A stretch of 64,000 bases of DNA from Oscillospiraceae bacterium (GCA_017398725.1 JAFQFA010000013.1:27010-91009), one strand, 5' to 3'; positions 10,310 through 21,000 are shown, numbered from the stretch's first letter. The notes: a model not told the origin generated them from the letters alone. Program-made: numbers and translations.

Positions 10310-10540
10310 TCAGTCAACGATTTCCACCGTGACCTTTTCACCGGAGCGCTGGGCTACGGTCTTCACGATGGTGCGAATCTCCTTCGCGATTCGACCCTGG
10401 CGGCCAATCACCTTTCCCATATCACCGGGAGCAACACGGAGTTCCAGAATCTTGCCGTCTTCGTCATCGATCTCGGTAACGGTAACGGAGTCCGGATCAT
10501 CCACCAGGTTCTTTGCCATATACAGCAAAAGTTCCTTCAT
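10310..10540 (-). CDS. khpA: KH-domain RNA-binding protein KhpA (YlqC)
   Basis: DMGKVIGRQGRIAKEIRT. Confidence 0.95.
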   Translation of the reverse strand: MKELLLYMAKNLVDDPDSVTVTEIDDEDGKILELRVAPGDMGKVIGRQGRIAKEIRTIVKTVAQRSGEKVTVEIVD

Positions 10541-10561
10541 TGCGTAACTCCTTTGGGAATA

Positions 10562-10801
10562 TTACAGCACACCGGCGCTCTTCAGCAGGCCGCGAACGGT
10601 ATCGGTGGGCTGAGCGCCGTTCTTGATCCAAGTCTGAGCCTTCTCAGCATCCACAGTGATGGTAGCGGGCTCGGTCAGAGGATTGTAGGTACCGATCTCC
10701 TCGATGCAGCGGCCGTCACGGGGGCTGCGGGAATCAGCAACAACAATACGGTAGTAAGGAGCCTTCTTGGCACCCATTCTTCTCAGTCTGATCTTAACCA
10801 T
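10562..10801 (-). CDS. rpsP: 30S ribosomal protein S16
   Basis: [31 protein letters not shown]. Confidence 0.99.
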   Translation of the reverse strand: MVKIRLRRMGAKKAPYYRIVVADSRSPRDGRCIEEIGTYNPLTEPATITVDAEKAQTWIKNGAQPTDTVRGLLKSAGVL

Positions 10802-10862
10802 GGTTTTCACCTCCAAAAAATTGTTTCTATATCGCAAAGCGTTTTGCTTACAGCGAACTTAT

Positions 10863-12212
10863 TCAGAATCCGGGGAAACCGCCGAATCCGCCGAAGCGGC
10901 TCATCCGCTTCATTTTCTTTCCGGCACCGGGACCGGAAAATTGCTTGATCATGCTACGCATCTGTTCAAAAGATTTCAGCAGCCGGTTAACATCCTCTAC
11001 TCGAAGACCGGCGCCCGCTGCGATCCGCTTTTTGCGGCTGGCACCGATAATGCTGGGATTTTCCCGCTCCTTCGGCGTCATCGAAAGAATGATCGCTTCC
11101 GTATGGGCCATGGCCTTCTCGTCAATCTGGATATTCTTCATATTGCCCATGCCGGGCATCTGCGCCAACAGATCCTGCATAGAGCCCATAGACTTCATCT
11201 GAACCATTTGGTCGTAGAAATCCTGAAGGGTAAACTTATTGGAACGAAGCCGTTCTTCCATCTGGGCAGCCTTCTTCTCATCGAACGCCTTTTCTGCTTT
11301 TTCGATCAAAGAAAGCACATCACCCATCCCCAGAATCCGGGATGCCATGCGATCCGGATGGAAGGGCTCGATATCTTCCAGCTTTTCACCAACACCGGAG
11401 AACTTAATGGGCTTTCCGGTAACAGCGCGTACAGACAACGCAGCACCACCACGGGCGTCACCGTCCAGCTTACTGAGCATTACTGCGTCAATATCCAGCC
11501 ACTCATTGAAGCTTTGCGCCGCATTCACCGCATCCTGACCGGTCATTGCATCCACAACAAGCATGATCTCATCCGGGTCAACTGCCCCTTTGATCCGCTT
11601 GAGTTCCTCCATCAGCGTTTCATCAATATGCAACCGACCGGCTGTATCTAAAAACACCATATCATGGCCATGCTGCTTTGCATATAAAACAGCTTCCTTA
11701 GCTGTCTGCACCGGATCCGCCTGCCCCTTTTCAAAGACGGGGATACCCAACTTTTCACCGCAAACCTTCAACTGTTGAATGGCAGCGGGACGGTAAATAT
11801 CACAAGCAACCAGCAAAGGATTTCTACCCTGCCGCTTCATCAGACCAGCCAATTTACTGCCATTGGTCGTCTTACCGGCACCCTGCAAGCCAACCAGCAT
11901 GACAACGGTAGGACCGTTGGGATTCATGGTAATATGCTTGATTTCGCTGCCCATAAGAGCTGTCAGTTCTTCATTGACGATCTTGACGATCATCTGCGCG
12001 GGGCTTAAAGCTTCCAGAACATCTGAGCCGACACAACGTTCGGTAACAGATTTCGTAAAGTCCTTAACCACTTTATAACTAACATCCGCCTCCAAAAGTG
12101 CCATGCGGATCTCCCGCATTGCTTCCTTTACATCGGCCTCTTTTAACCGGCCTTTACCACGAAGCTTTTTGAAGGCAGCGGATATTTTTTCAGTTAATCC
12201 CTCAAATGCCAT
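10863..12212 (-). CDS. ffh: Signal recognition particle protein
   Basis: GLQGAGKTT, DTAGR, DGDARGGAALS, Met-rich M domain. Confidence 0.99.
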   Translation of the reverse strand: MAFEGLTEKISAAFKKLRGKGRLKEADVKEAMREIRMALLEADVSYKVVKDFTKSVTERCVGSDVLEALSPAQMIVKIVNEELTALMGSEIKHITMNPNGPTVVMLVGLQGAGKTTNGSKLAGLMKRQGRNPLLVACDIYRPAAIQQLKVCGEKLGIPVFEKGQADPVQTAKEAVLYAKQHGHDMVFLDTAGRLHIDETLMEELKRIKGAVDPDEIMLVVDAMTGQDAVNAAQSFNEWLDIDAVMLSKLDGDARGGAALSVRAVTGKPIKFSGVGEKLEDIEPFHPDRMASRILGMGDVLSLIEKAEKAFDEKKAAQMEERLRSNKFTLQDFYDQMVQMKSMGSMQDLLAQMPGMGNMKNIQIDEKAMAHTEAIILSMTPKERENPSIIGASRKKRIAAGAGLRVEDVNRLLKSFEQMRSMIKQFSGPGAGKKMKRMSRFGGFGGFPGF

Positions 12213-12215
12213 TGA

Positions 12216-12560
12216 TTACTCCTCAAACTGATCTGCGCACCGAACGATCCGGTTGGCAATCTCAGAAACAGATGAATCCGTATAATTAGACAGTGTTCCG
12301 GCAAGCCGGGATATTTCTTCCATCGCCTTGCGGCATTTACGGTCTCTGGCAACACAACCGGTCTTCTCTTCCATATTGCGCAGTTGGGCTTCCGTGCGGG
12401 TGAGAATATCATGAATGCTCTGCCTACTGACCTGCAATTCCTGCGCGATCTCCGCCAAAGACAAGTCTTGGTTATGGCGCAGATCAAAACACATGCGCTG
12501 GCGTTCTGTCAGCAGATCACCGTAGTAATCAAACAACAATGTCATTTCCAACGCATCCAT
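12216..12560 (-). CDS. ylxM: YlxM family DNA-binding protein (sigma70 region-4-like HTH)
   Basis: LFDYYGDLLTERQ, DLSLAEIAQELQVSRQSIHD; directly upstream of ffh. Confidence 0.93.
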   Translation of the reverse strand: MDALEMTLLFDYYGDLLTERQRMCFDLRHNQDLSLAEIAQELQVSRQSIHDILTRTEAQLRNMEEKTGCVARDRKCRKAMEEISRLAGTLSNYTDSSVSEIANRIVRCADQFEE

Positions 12561-12572
12561 GCAGGCCCTCCC

Positions 12573-12647
12573 CGTCAAGTAATTCCACTTGACACCTTGC
12601 ATATATTACACCATAAGAACAACTTTGTCAAGTATTTTTCCTTAACA
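12573..12647 (-). promoter_or_regulatory. ylxM-ffh promoter with two palindromic operators
   Basis: TTGACA(12631-12626)-17-TAATAT; palindromes cGTCAAG-N8-CTTGACA (12573-12594) and TGTCAAG-N8-CTTaACA (12626-12647). Confidence 0.7.
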
Positions 12648-13286
12648 CTCAAAAAACTTAAACCAACTTGCTTCTTTTTCTGTTACCGCAAACCCCAACG
12701 CCTTATATAACGCAATAGCCTTCCGGTTTGTTGAAGCCACGCAAAGAGTTATCTCAGCATTAACAATACGCTCTGCCAACGCCAGTACTGCGTGTCTTCC
12801 CCCACCCGGGCAAAGGGATGCGACCGCATGGATCTGTCCGTCGTAAGCAACGCCGATCCCCACGGCAGAACATTGCCTGTAAATATAAAATGCTTTACCG
12901 GCGCAGATCAGCGCCTCTACATCACTACGGGACAACGGCGATGCCGACGGAACGCAAGCCATTTTTTGATTGTAAAGCTGCCTCCACTGTTCCTTTTGCT
13001 CCAATGTAACAGGCAATGCAACCGCATCCGTCGTATCTAAGTTATCTTTCCGTGCGCACATGCGCAAAACATCACAAAACAACGGGTAATCTTCCAGATC
13101 AACATGTCCGGCAGCATACACAGCAGAAGCGCCGGCCATACGACATACATCCAAACACTCTTTCATAAGCGCCCGGCAATCAAGAGAATCCCGTATATGC
13201 ACATATGCTTCCCCGCTAAACGGGATCTTCTTTAAAATAAGGCTGGCCACACCGTTCTGTGTGGAAAAAAGCGGAATATCCCGCAT
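12642..13286 (-). CDS. Putative GNAT-fold acetyltransferase
   Basis: C-terminal LCVASTNRKAIALYKALGF is a typical GNAT motif B; PGGGR resembles motif A. Confidence 0.7.
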   Translation of the reverse strand: MRDIPLFSTQNGVASLILKKIPFSGEAYVHIRDSLDCRALMKECLDVCRMAGASAVYAAGHVDLEDYPLFCDVLRMCARKDNLDTTDAVALPVTLEQKEQWRQLYNQKMACVPSASPLSRSDVEALICAGKAFYIYRQCSAVGIGVAYDGQIHAVASLCPGGGRHAVLALAERIVNAEITLCVASTNRKAIALYKALGFAVTEKEASWFKFFEC

Positions 13287-13485
13287 ATGCACCCCCCCTT
13301 TTTTATATCATACCATATTGTCAAGCAACCGTCCAGTTTCTTGTGAAAGTTGATTAATTTCTATGCGCAACCGCTTGTTCTTTTTCATTTCAGTAACGAA
13401 ATATTTTCCATTTACATATTTCTTCTTGATTTACCACTGCAAATGTGTATAATCAATGCGTATATTCCTGAAAGGAGAAATCAAC

Positions 13486-13716
13486 ATGAAGAAAGTGATC
13501 TGCAAAAAAGAGTACGACACCGAAACTGCTGAACTGATCAAAAAATACACCTTCGGCAATTTCGGCGATCCTAACGGTTACGAGGAGCTTCTTTATAAGA
13601 CTCCCGGCGGTCTGTATTTCCTGTACGTAGACGGCGGTGAAACCTCCCCTTACCCCCACGAAGACATTCTTCGTCTCGCCAAGGCAAAGGTCAACGAATG
13701 GCTGGACAACCACTAA
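13486..13716 (+). CDS. Hypothetical 76-aa protein (K-x-YDTETA family)
   Basis: AAAGGAG RBS, upstream TATAAT, codon usage like the ribosomal genes (AAC, TTC, TAC), own terminator. Confidence 0.8.
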   Translation: MKKVICKKEYDTETAELIKKYTFGNFGDPNGYEELLYKTPGGLYFLYVDGGETSPYPHEDILRLAKAKVNEWLDNH

Positions 13717-13722
13717 GAAGCA

Positions 13723-13759
13723 GACCGCATCTGTTATTTTAACAGGTGCGGTCTTTCTT
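13723..13759 (+). terminator. Intrinsic terminator
   Basis: AGACCGCATCTGTTA-ttt-TAACAGGTGCGGTCT-TTCTT. Confidence 0.8.
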
Positions 13760-13806
13760 GACATGTATGGTATTCTATAAGTATGAACAAGCAAAGTTGG
13801 TGAGTT

Positions 13807-14679
13807 ATGAAACGCTGGTTAATACGGACTTTCGCTGCAGCCGCTGCGCTGCTATGTACGGCCTGCACCAAAGCAGAACAGCAACCGAATATCATTGCAA
13901 CCACCATGCCGGTGTATACATTTACGCAGGCACTTTGTACAGACACGCCTCTGACTGTTAGTCAATTGATCCAAGATAACGTTTCCTGCCTGCATGATTA
14001 TACACTGACTGTTGATCACATGAAACGCTTGGAAAACGCCGATATAATCGTTATTTCCGGCGGCGGTTTGGAGCATTTTCTGGAAGATGTCATAACTGAC
14101 GACAAAGCAATGATTGATGCATCTGCTCAGCTCAAACTCCACCACACCGAGGAGCACCATCATGCTGAGGATCATCATCACGATGTAGATCCGCATTTCT
14201 GGCTTTCTATAGAAAACAGCAAGCAGATGGCTCATTCCATTTGCGAAGGATTGAAAAAAGCATATCCGGAATATACCGCCGTATTTGAGCAGAATTTAGC
14301 AGAACTGGACAAGCGCTTTGAACAACTGCAGCGCCATGCAGACACGCAACTTTCTGCCATCAACTGCCGTGAGATCATCACCTTCCATGATGGCTTTTTC
14401 TATATGGCAGATGCATTTAATCTGACCATCCTGCACTCCGTTGAAGAAGAATCCGGCAGTGAAGCCTCCGCAAAAGATCTGATCGCGATTTGCGAGCTGG
14501 TGCAAGATCATTCTCTTCCGGCTATTTTTGCAGAAAAAAACGGCAGCGACAGTGCCGCAAAAATCATTTACGCGGAAACCGGCGCAAAGCTTTATCGGCT
14601 GGATATGGCAATGTCCGGTGAAAACTACTTTGACTGTATGTATTACAACATTAACACACTAAAGGAGGCATTGGGATGA
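13807..14679 (+). CDS. znuA: Zinc/metal ABC transporter substrate-binding lipoprotein
   Basis: Lipobox CTAC, CLHDY, His-rich HHTEEHHHAEDHHHDVDPHFW, TFHDGFFY. Confidence 0.9.
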   Translation: MKRWLIRTFAAAAALLCTACTKAEQQPNIIATTMPVYTFTQALCTDTPLTVSQLIQDNVSCLHDYTLTVDHMKRLENADIIVISGGGLEHFLEDVITDDKAMIDASAQLKLHHTEEHHHAEDHHHDVDPHFWLSIENSKQMAHSICEGLKKAYPEYTAVFEQNLAELDKRFEQLQRHADTQLSAINCREIITFHDGFFYMADAFNLTILHSVEEESGSEASAKDLIAICELVQDHSLPAIFAEKNGSDSAAKIIYAETGAKLYRLDMAMSGENYFDCMYYNINTLKEALG

Positions 14680-15425
14680 ACATCGGAACTCACGGCGGAA
14701 GCTGCGGTCATTCCTGCTGCCTGCGGATCAACAACTTAACAGTCACGATTGGTTCCCAAAAAATCCTTTCAAATGTCAATATGCACGTCCACTGCGGCGA
14801 GCTGGTTGCCCTTATAGGTCCAAACGGCGCAGGAAAAAGCACATTGATCAAAGCGATACTTGGGCAGCAGGAATTCGAGGGTGTAATCTCATTCTCCGCC
14901 CCGGGGGAACGAAATCGTAAGGCAAAAATCGGCTATGTGCCCCAAAGTCCCATTTTTGATCCCGGTGACCCGGTCACCGTTGCTGACCTGTTTGCCTGCT
15001 GTATGAGCAAACAGCCTGCCTTTTTAGGGATTTCCAAGAAAATGCGAGAGAAAATCCTTTGCTGTATGGATCGAGTGAATGCTTGTGATTTAATTGATAA
15101 GCGGGTCGGGACCCTCTCCGGCGGTGAATTACAACGTGTTTTACTAGCCTTGGCATTGGAACCCCTACCGAACATTTTGATCTTGGACGAGCCCCTGTCC
15201 GGCGTGGATGTGGAAGGTATGCAAAGTCTAATGGACATGCTGGATCAGATCCGTCAGGAATACGACCTTTCCATCTTGATGACGACCCATGATTTTTCTA
15301 TGCTGCCCACATATGCCAATCAAGTCGTTCTCATAGAGCAAAAAGTGATTTCCCAAGGCACCCCCGCAGAAGTTCTTGCTTCTAACGAATTTCAAGACGT
15401 TTTTCATCGTAAAGGAGGCGTTTAA
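14676..15425 (+). CDS. znuC: Metal ABC transporter ATP-binding protein
   Basis: GPNGAGKST, IGYVPQ, LSGGELQR, LDEP, THD. Confidence 0.92.
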   Translation: MNIGTHGGSCGHSCCLRINNLTVTIGSQKILSNVNMHVHCGELVALIGPNGAGKSTLIKAILGQQEFEGVISFSAPGERNRKAKIGYVPQSPIFDPGDPVTVADLFACCMSKQPAFLGISKKMREKILCCMDRVNACDLIDKRVGTLSGGELQRVLLALALEPLPNILILDEPLSGVDVEGMQSLMDMLDQIRQEYDLSILMTTHDFSMLPTYANQVVLIEQKVISQGTPAEVLASNEFQDVFHRKGGV

Positions 15426-15427
15426 GC

Positions 15428-16267
15428 ATGTCTGTTTGGTATGCACTTTGCGATAACCTTCCTTTTGAAATGCTTCACTGGGATTTTATGAAAAACGCCT
15501 TACTGGCCCTGATTATCATGGCACCGCTGTTTGGACTATGCTCTACTATGATCGTTACAGGGAAAATGAGTTTCTTCTCAGATGCCTTGGGCCACAGTGC
15601 ATTTACCGGTATTGCTATCGGCAGTATCTGCGGTATTGCTGCCCCTGCTTGGTTTTCTGTAATTTTTGCTGTGGTCTTTGCGCTTTTATTTTCCTATGTA
15701 AAAAGCCGTAGCAATCAAACCGCGGACACGATTATCGGCGTTTTTTCCAGTGGTGCTGTGGCGCTTGGTATATTTATCGCAACCTTTGGCGGCGGTAGCT
15801 TTACCAAATACAACAAGTATCTAATCGGCGATATTCTGTCTGTAACGCCTGCTGAAATCGGATCGCTGGCGGTGGTACTTGCTTGCGTAATTTTATTTTG
15901 GTTGTTTTTGAATAACCGGTTGACGTTGTCTGCGGTATATCCGAACCTCGCGGCTTCTCGGGGAATCCCGGTAGAATGGACACAGGCAATTTTTACAACG
16001 GCAATCGCTGTTGTGGTGACGCTGAGCATTTCATGGGTAGGTCTTTTGATCCTGAATTCCCTGCTTGTTTTACCCGGTGCTGCAGCTAGAAATGTTGCAA
16101 AGAACCTTCGCCAGTATCACCTGTTTTCCGTGCTGAATGCATTGATAGCCGGTCTCGTCGGTTTGACCCTGTCTTACATTTGGGGTGTTTCTGCCGGTGC
16201 TTCTATCGCTTTGGTGCTCACACTGATTTACGGATTTAGCTTTCTTTTCAGAAAGGTGCGGATGTAA
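15428..16267 (+). CDS. znuB: Metal ABC transporter permease
   Basis: SFFSDALGHSAFTG, YLIGDIL, VGLLILNSLLVLPGAAA. Confidence 0.92.
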   Translation: MSVWYALCDNLPFEMLHWDFMKNALLALIIMAPLFGLCSTMIVTGKMSFFSDALGHSAFTGIAIGSICGIAAPAWFSVIFAVVFALLFSYVKSRSNQTADTIIGVFSSGAVALGIFIATFGGGSFTKYNKYLIGDILSVTPAEIGSLAVVLACVILFWLFLNNRLTLSAVYPNLAASRGIPVEWTQAIFTTAIAVVVTLSISWVGLLILNSLLVLPGAAARNVAKNLRQYHLFSVLNALIAGLVGLTLSYIWGVSAGASIALVLTLIYGFSFLFRKVRM

Positions 16268-16268
16268 C

Positions 16269-16958
16269 ATGGAACAAACGAGCATAAAAATCATCGGACG
16301 CATGCACAGTGATTTTCCGGAAAAGTTTGGAATTCCCCGGCAAAGCGGCTTAGTGGAAACATTAGAATCTACCATTGTGTTCGAACCGGAATACCGAAAT
16401 GACGATGCGCTACGCGGATTAGAAGCCTTTTCCCATCTGTGGATCATTTGGCAGTTTTCAAAAGCTGTGCGCAACGATTGGTCCCCCACTGTTCGACCTC
16501 CCCGCCTTGGCGGCAATACCCGGATGGGGGTATTTGCCACCCGTTCGCCCTTTCGCCCCAATCATTTAGGCCTTTCCTGTGTCAGGATTCTTGGGCTACA
16601 GCATACAGAGGAATACGGAACGGTCATTCGGGTCGCCGGTGCAGATTTGATGGACGGAACGCCCATCTTCGATATCAAGCCCTACATTCCTTACTGTGAC
16701 AGCCATCCGGAAGCCACCGGCGGCTTTACTGACACTGCCTCAGATTTTATTTTACAAGTAGATATACCGGCGCAGGAGCTCTCCAAATTCCCCGATTGCA
16801 AACGCAATGCGCTTATGGAGCTTTTATCTCACGATCCCAGACCGTCGTACCAGCAGGATGCCGATCGAATATACGGATTAACCTTTTGCGGACATAACAT
16901 TCGTTTTAAAGTATGTGACACCACCCTGACGGTGCTGGATATTCAGAATCAGAATTAA
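16269..16958 (+). CDS. trmO: tRNA (N6-threonylcarbamoyladenosine37-N6)-methyltransferase TrmO/TsaA
   Basis: KFGIPRQSG, VRPPRLGGN, GVFATRSPFRPN, DGTPIFDIKPY, DPRPSY. Confidence 0.95.
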   Translation: MEQTSIKIIGRMHSDFPEKFGIPRQSGLVETLESTIVFEPEYRNDDALRGLEAFSHLWIIWQFSKAVRNDWSPTVRPPRLGGNTRMGVFATRSPFRPNHLGLSCVRILGLQHTEEYGTVIRVAGADLMDGTPIFDIKPYIPYCDSHPEATGGFTDTASDFILQVDIPAQELSKFPDCKRNALMELLSHDPRPSYQQDADRIYGLTFCGHNIRFKVCDTTLTVLDIQNQN

Positions 16959-16972
16959 GCGAGGTCGATATT

Positions 16973-17812
16973 ATGATTACGCGCTATCTTCGTTTTCCCG
17001 GCGGAAAAGCAAAAGCACTGACATTCAGCTACGACGATGGTGTATCCGAGGACATCCGTCTTGTGGATATTTTTAGAAAAAACGGCATGAGGGCAACATT
17101 CAATATCAACTCCGGAATGTTTGGACCGGAAGACAAAAGCTATGCTCCGGGCAGAGCCCACCGTCGGCTCAGCGCCACAGAAGTAAAGGCGCTTTACACA
17201 GAGGATGTTTGCGAGGTTGCCTGCCACTGTGTCAGCCACGCATTTCTTACTGCCTGCGACCCCGCAGTAGCCTGCATGGAGATTATCGACGACCGGAGAA
17301 ATCTGGAAACAATGTTTGGTAAGCAAATCCATGGCATGGCATATCCGAATTCCGCCTATAACGACCGTGTTGTGGAAGCTGTGCGTTGCGCAGGTATCTA
17401 CTACGCCCGAACAGTGGAAGCGACCCTGAATTTCAACATGCCCAATGATTGGCTTAGAATGCCCACAACCTGCCATCATAAGCATCCCATGCTGATGGAA
17501 TTGGCAGAAAAATTTCTGGATCTGAAACCCAAGTATGGACCGCAGGTGTTTTATGTTTGGGGCCATTCCTATGAATTTAACGATCAAGACAACTGGCATG
17601 TCATCGAAAACTTTACCGAGAAGATGGCAAACAAAGCCGATATCTGGTACGCCACCAATATAGAAATTTACACCGCGTGGCTGGACTACCAGCGGCTGGA
17701 AAGCTCTGTAGACGGATCGATCATCCACAACCCCAGTATCCGCAGTGTTTGGATCGCAGACAAAGCCGGAAAGATCTATGAAATCAAGCCCGGCGAAACC
17801 GTCACATTATAA
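16973..17812 (+). CDS. Polysaccharide deacetylase (CE4/NodB), no signal peptide
   Basis: TFSYDDG, HCVSH (HxxxH), AYP, WGHSYEF. Confidence 0.88.
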   Translation: MITRYLRFPGGKAKALTFSYDDGVSEDIRLVDIFRKNGMRATFNINSGMFGPEDKSYAPGRAHRRLSATEVKALYTEDVCEVACHCVSHAFLTACDPAVACMEIIDDRRNLETMFGKQIHGMAYPNSAYNDRVVEAVRCAGIYYARTVEATLNFNMPNDWLRMPTTCHHKHPMLMELAEKFLDLKPKYGPQVFYVWGHSYEFNDQDNWHVIENFTEKMANKADIWYATNIEIYTAWLDYQRLESSVDGSIIHNPSIRSVWIADKAGKIYEIKPGETVTL

Positions 17813-17818
17813 AAATGG

Positions 17819-17850
17819 AATCCGCCCATTAGTTTGGGCGGATTTTTTAT
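17819..17850 (+). terminator. Terminator after the znu-trmO-deacetylase operon
   Basis: AATCCGCCCA-ttagtt-TGGGCGGATT-TTTT. Confidence 0.85.
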
Positions 17851-18046
17851 TAGAAGCTTCTGTTGAAGCCCGCTCTATAATTACGCACGCGCAGCAACTG
17901 CGAATAACATCCCCCGCTATCAAAGCACGCCATTGCGCATTGCGTTTTTTCGGATGATTTGCAATGAAACATAAACGAAATGCAATTTCCTTTACTCTGA
18001 TTCTTCAATATAATGAAAACAAAATTATATTAAAGGAGATTTATCT

Positions 18047-21000
18047 GTGAAAAAATATATTTATTGGCTGATAGCGGTGACACTTCTTATTTCACTGATG
18101 GCTGTGTCCGTAATGGCAACGCCCGAACAGTGTCCCTGTAGCTGCGGTCAGAATCTGACCCAAATTCAATGGACGCCATGGAATGTAAACGAGACCGGCA
18201 ATCCTGCTACCGGTCACTACTACCTGACTGAGGATTATGCACAATCTGCCCAATACACAGTCAATTCCGGCAGTCGGGTGGTTTTGGACCTCCGGGGTCA
18301 CAATCTAACTACTGAGAACGCTTTCCGCCTTTTCCTGATCTACGGTGATCTTAGTATCATCGACACTGTGGGTGGTGGCTGTCTTAGTGCAAAAACCACC
18401 GGCAAAGCAGTTGGCGGTGTCTTGCAGGTCTACTATAAAAACAGCGACTGCGGCATACTGCGGCTTCAAAATGTAACCGTAATGCCCCATGTGGAAAACA
18501 GCGGAGCAAAAAATGGCGGTCTAATCTATGTGGGTGATGACTGCACGCTGGAGTTGGATGGCTGCACCTTGTTTGGCGGCAACTCCGACAGCAACGGTGG
18601 ATGTATTTATGCCGGCCCAAACTCCCAGCTTTATATTAAGGACACCACAATTATGGGATGCCGCGCTGCTGTAAGCGGCGGCAGCATTTACTCTTCCGGT
18701 GATGTAACAGTAACCGATTCCAAAATCTGGGGCGGTATTGCCCAAAACGCAGGTGGTAATATCTATAAGACCGGCGGCACACTCACTCTGGACGGTAGTG
18801 ACATCGCCTTCGGTACCAGCTACGGCGCCACCTCCCACTACAGCGGCGGAAATTTATGCTCTTTGGGAAATGCAACCGTGATCTGCCAGAACAACACGGT
18901 ATTGCGGGACGGCTACGGTGCGTACGCCGGCGGCAATGCCTATATTGCCAGCGGCAAGCAAACCTTTACAGACACCGTCATCACCGGTGGTGTTGCCCGG
19001 AATATCGGCGCCAACCTAGCTTGCACTAGTGCCAGCGCTGTCACAACCATTACCGATTGCCGGATCGATGGTGATGTGCATTTCAGCGATGGAAGTCTGA
19101 CTTTACGGGGTTCAACCAAAATCGGCCTTGGCAGCTATGGTCTGGATCTGAACGACGGCACTGCAACTTTGATGATCCAAGCTGCAGGATTGACCCAAGG
19201 TGCGGAAATCTTTGTGGAAGCAACCGGCATTTTTACCAACGATCAATCCTCCAAAGATTTCTTCAAACCTGCGCTGCACACCAGCGCAATCACCGTAACT
19301 GCCAGCGGTCAGCTTTCAGCTACATATGCAAGCTCCGGCGAAATGGGCGGCTACTGCCCCCATTGCTACGATCCTGAAAACCCCAAAACAGTGGTATGGA
19401 CCGCTTTTACAGGGAATACTGAACTTACATCCGGTCACTATTACCTGTCCGCTAACACAACAGGCCAGTACAATCTACCCCAAGATACAGACTTTGTTTT
19501 GGACCTAAACGGCAAGACATTGCGTTCTTCTCAGCGCGCCTTCACAACCACAGGCGCCAATGCCACCCTGAGCATTTTGGACGGCGTCGGCATCGGCAAG
19601 GTTTGCGGCGGTGGTAGTAGCAACGCCGGCGGCGGCGTGATCTACAGCCTGCAGGAAGCGTTCCAATTAAATGTCTACGGCGGTCAGTTGGTCTATGAAA
19701 AAACAGCAAGCAACACCGTTCTTTCCGGCAGTGTTGTTAGCGTTGCTCAAAACAATTCTCAAGTAAACATTTACGGCGGTGTACTAGACGGCAGCGCACA
19801 GAACTATACCACCGGTAACTACGGCGGCACCCTTTTCATGGGTAATGTGGGTACCAATAAAAGCTTCACCATGACCGCAGGCCGGTTGCTCGGCGGAGAT
19901 GCCCAGTACGGCGGAAATGTTTATTTAGGAAACTACGTAAATGCTACCATTACCGGCGGTGTGCTGCAAAACGGTACAGGTGTGGAAGACGGCGGTAACC
20001 TGCGTGTCAACGGTAATTCCGCTACCAACCGTTCCGAAATCTCTATTGAAAACTGCATGATCCTCGACGGCAATGTTACCGGCGCTTTCAGTGGCGGAAA
20101 TGCCTATTTCATCAATACCAATGTGACGCTGGAGAACTGCTACTTTGAGTCCGGCAGAGCCGCAAATACCGGCGGCAACCTGCGTACAGGTGCGGCAACA
20201 AAGCTAATCGCCAATGACACCCTTCTCGTCAAAGGAAACTCAACCAAAGGCGGTAACCTGTACACTGCCGCAACCAATGGTGAAAATATATTTGAAAATT
20301 GCCAATTCCTTGCAGGCAATGCCGACAATGGCGGCAATGCTTACTTAAACCACGGCAAGAACACCTTCACCGGCGGTAAAGTCGCCTTTGGTACTGCCAG
20401 TGCCGCCGGCGGTAACATCTATGCCCATGCCGGCAACTATAATGCAGAAAATCAGTTTACCAAGCTCACAGGCGGCGTATTGCTATGCGGCGGTAACGCA
20501 GGCGGCAATGGCGGTAATTTGAATGTTATCGGCATCGTTGAATTGGATAATGTTCATATTGCAAGCGGTAGTGCTGCTGCAGGCCATGATATTTATCTTA
20601 ATAAGGGCGCTACCAAAACCCTGTTGACTCTAACTGACCGCGTTACTGGCAGCATAAGCATGGCTGTAGACAATGCTCTTTTATCAAAGAACGTATACGG
20701 TGACACCATTGCCTGCACCGCAGCAACAGGCATTAACGCAACAATCGCACTGGAAGGCGACTACGGACTGCCGGGAATACTTCCCAAAGACGGAGTATTA
20801 TGTGTTGCAAATGTTTCCGTAATAGACAGCCATGGGCAGGAAACATGGCACACAGATAGTGGCACTGCCATGAACGCCTGCGGCAGCAATGATTACATAA
20901 AGCTGTATGCTCCCGTAACCCTAGACCTGACAAAGGATTGCGCTGTAGATCTGAACGGACAGGCTGTATCCATCACCGGCAGCGGCATGCTTTTGGGTAT

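Noticed and set aside
13740-13806. Zur box upstream of znuA
   Set aside because: No convincing palindrome matching a Zur consensus.
16955-17728. 257-aa minus-strand ORF
   Set aside because: Antisense to the CE4 deacetylase, which has clear catalytic motifs.
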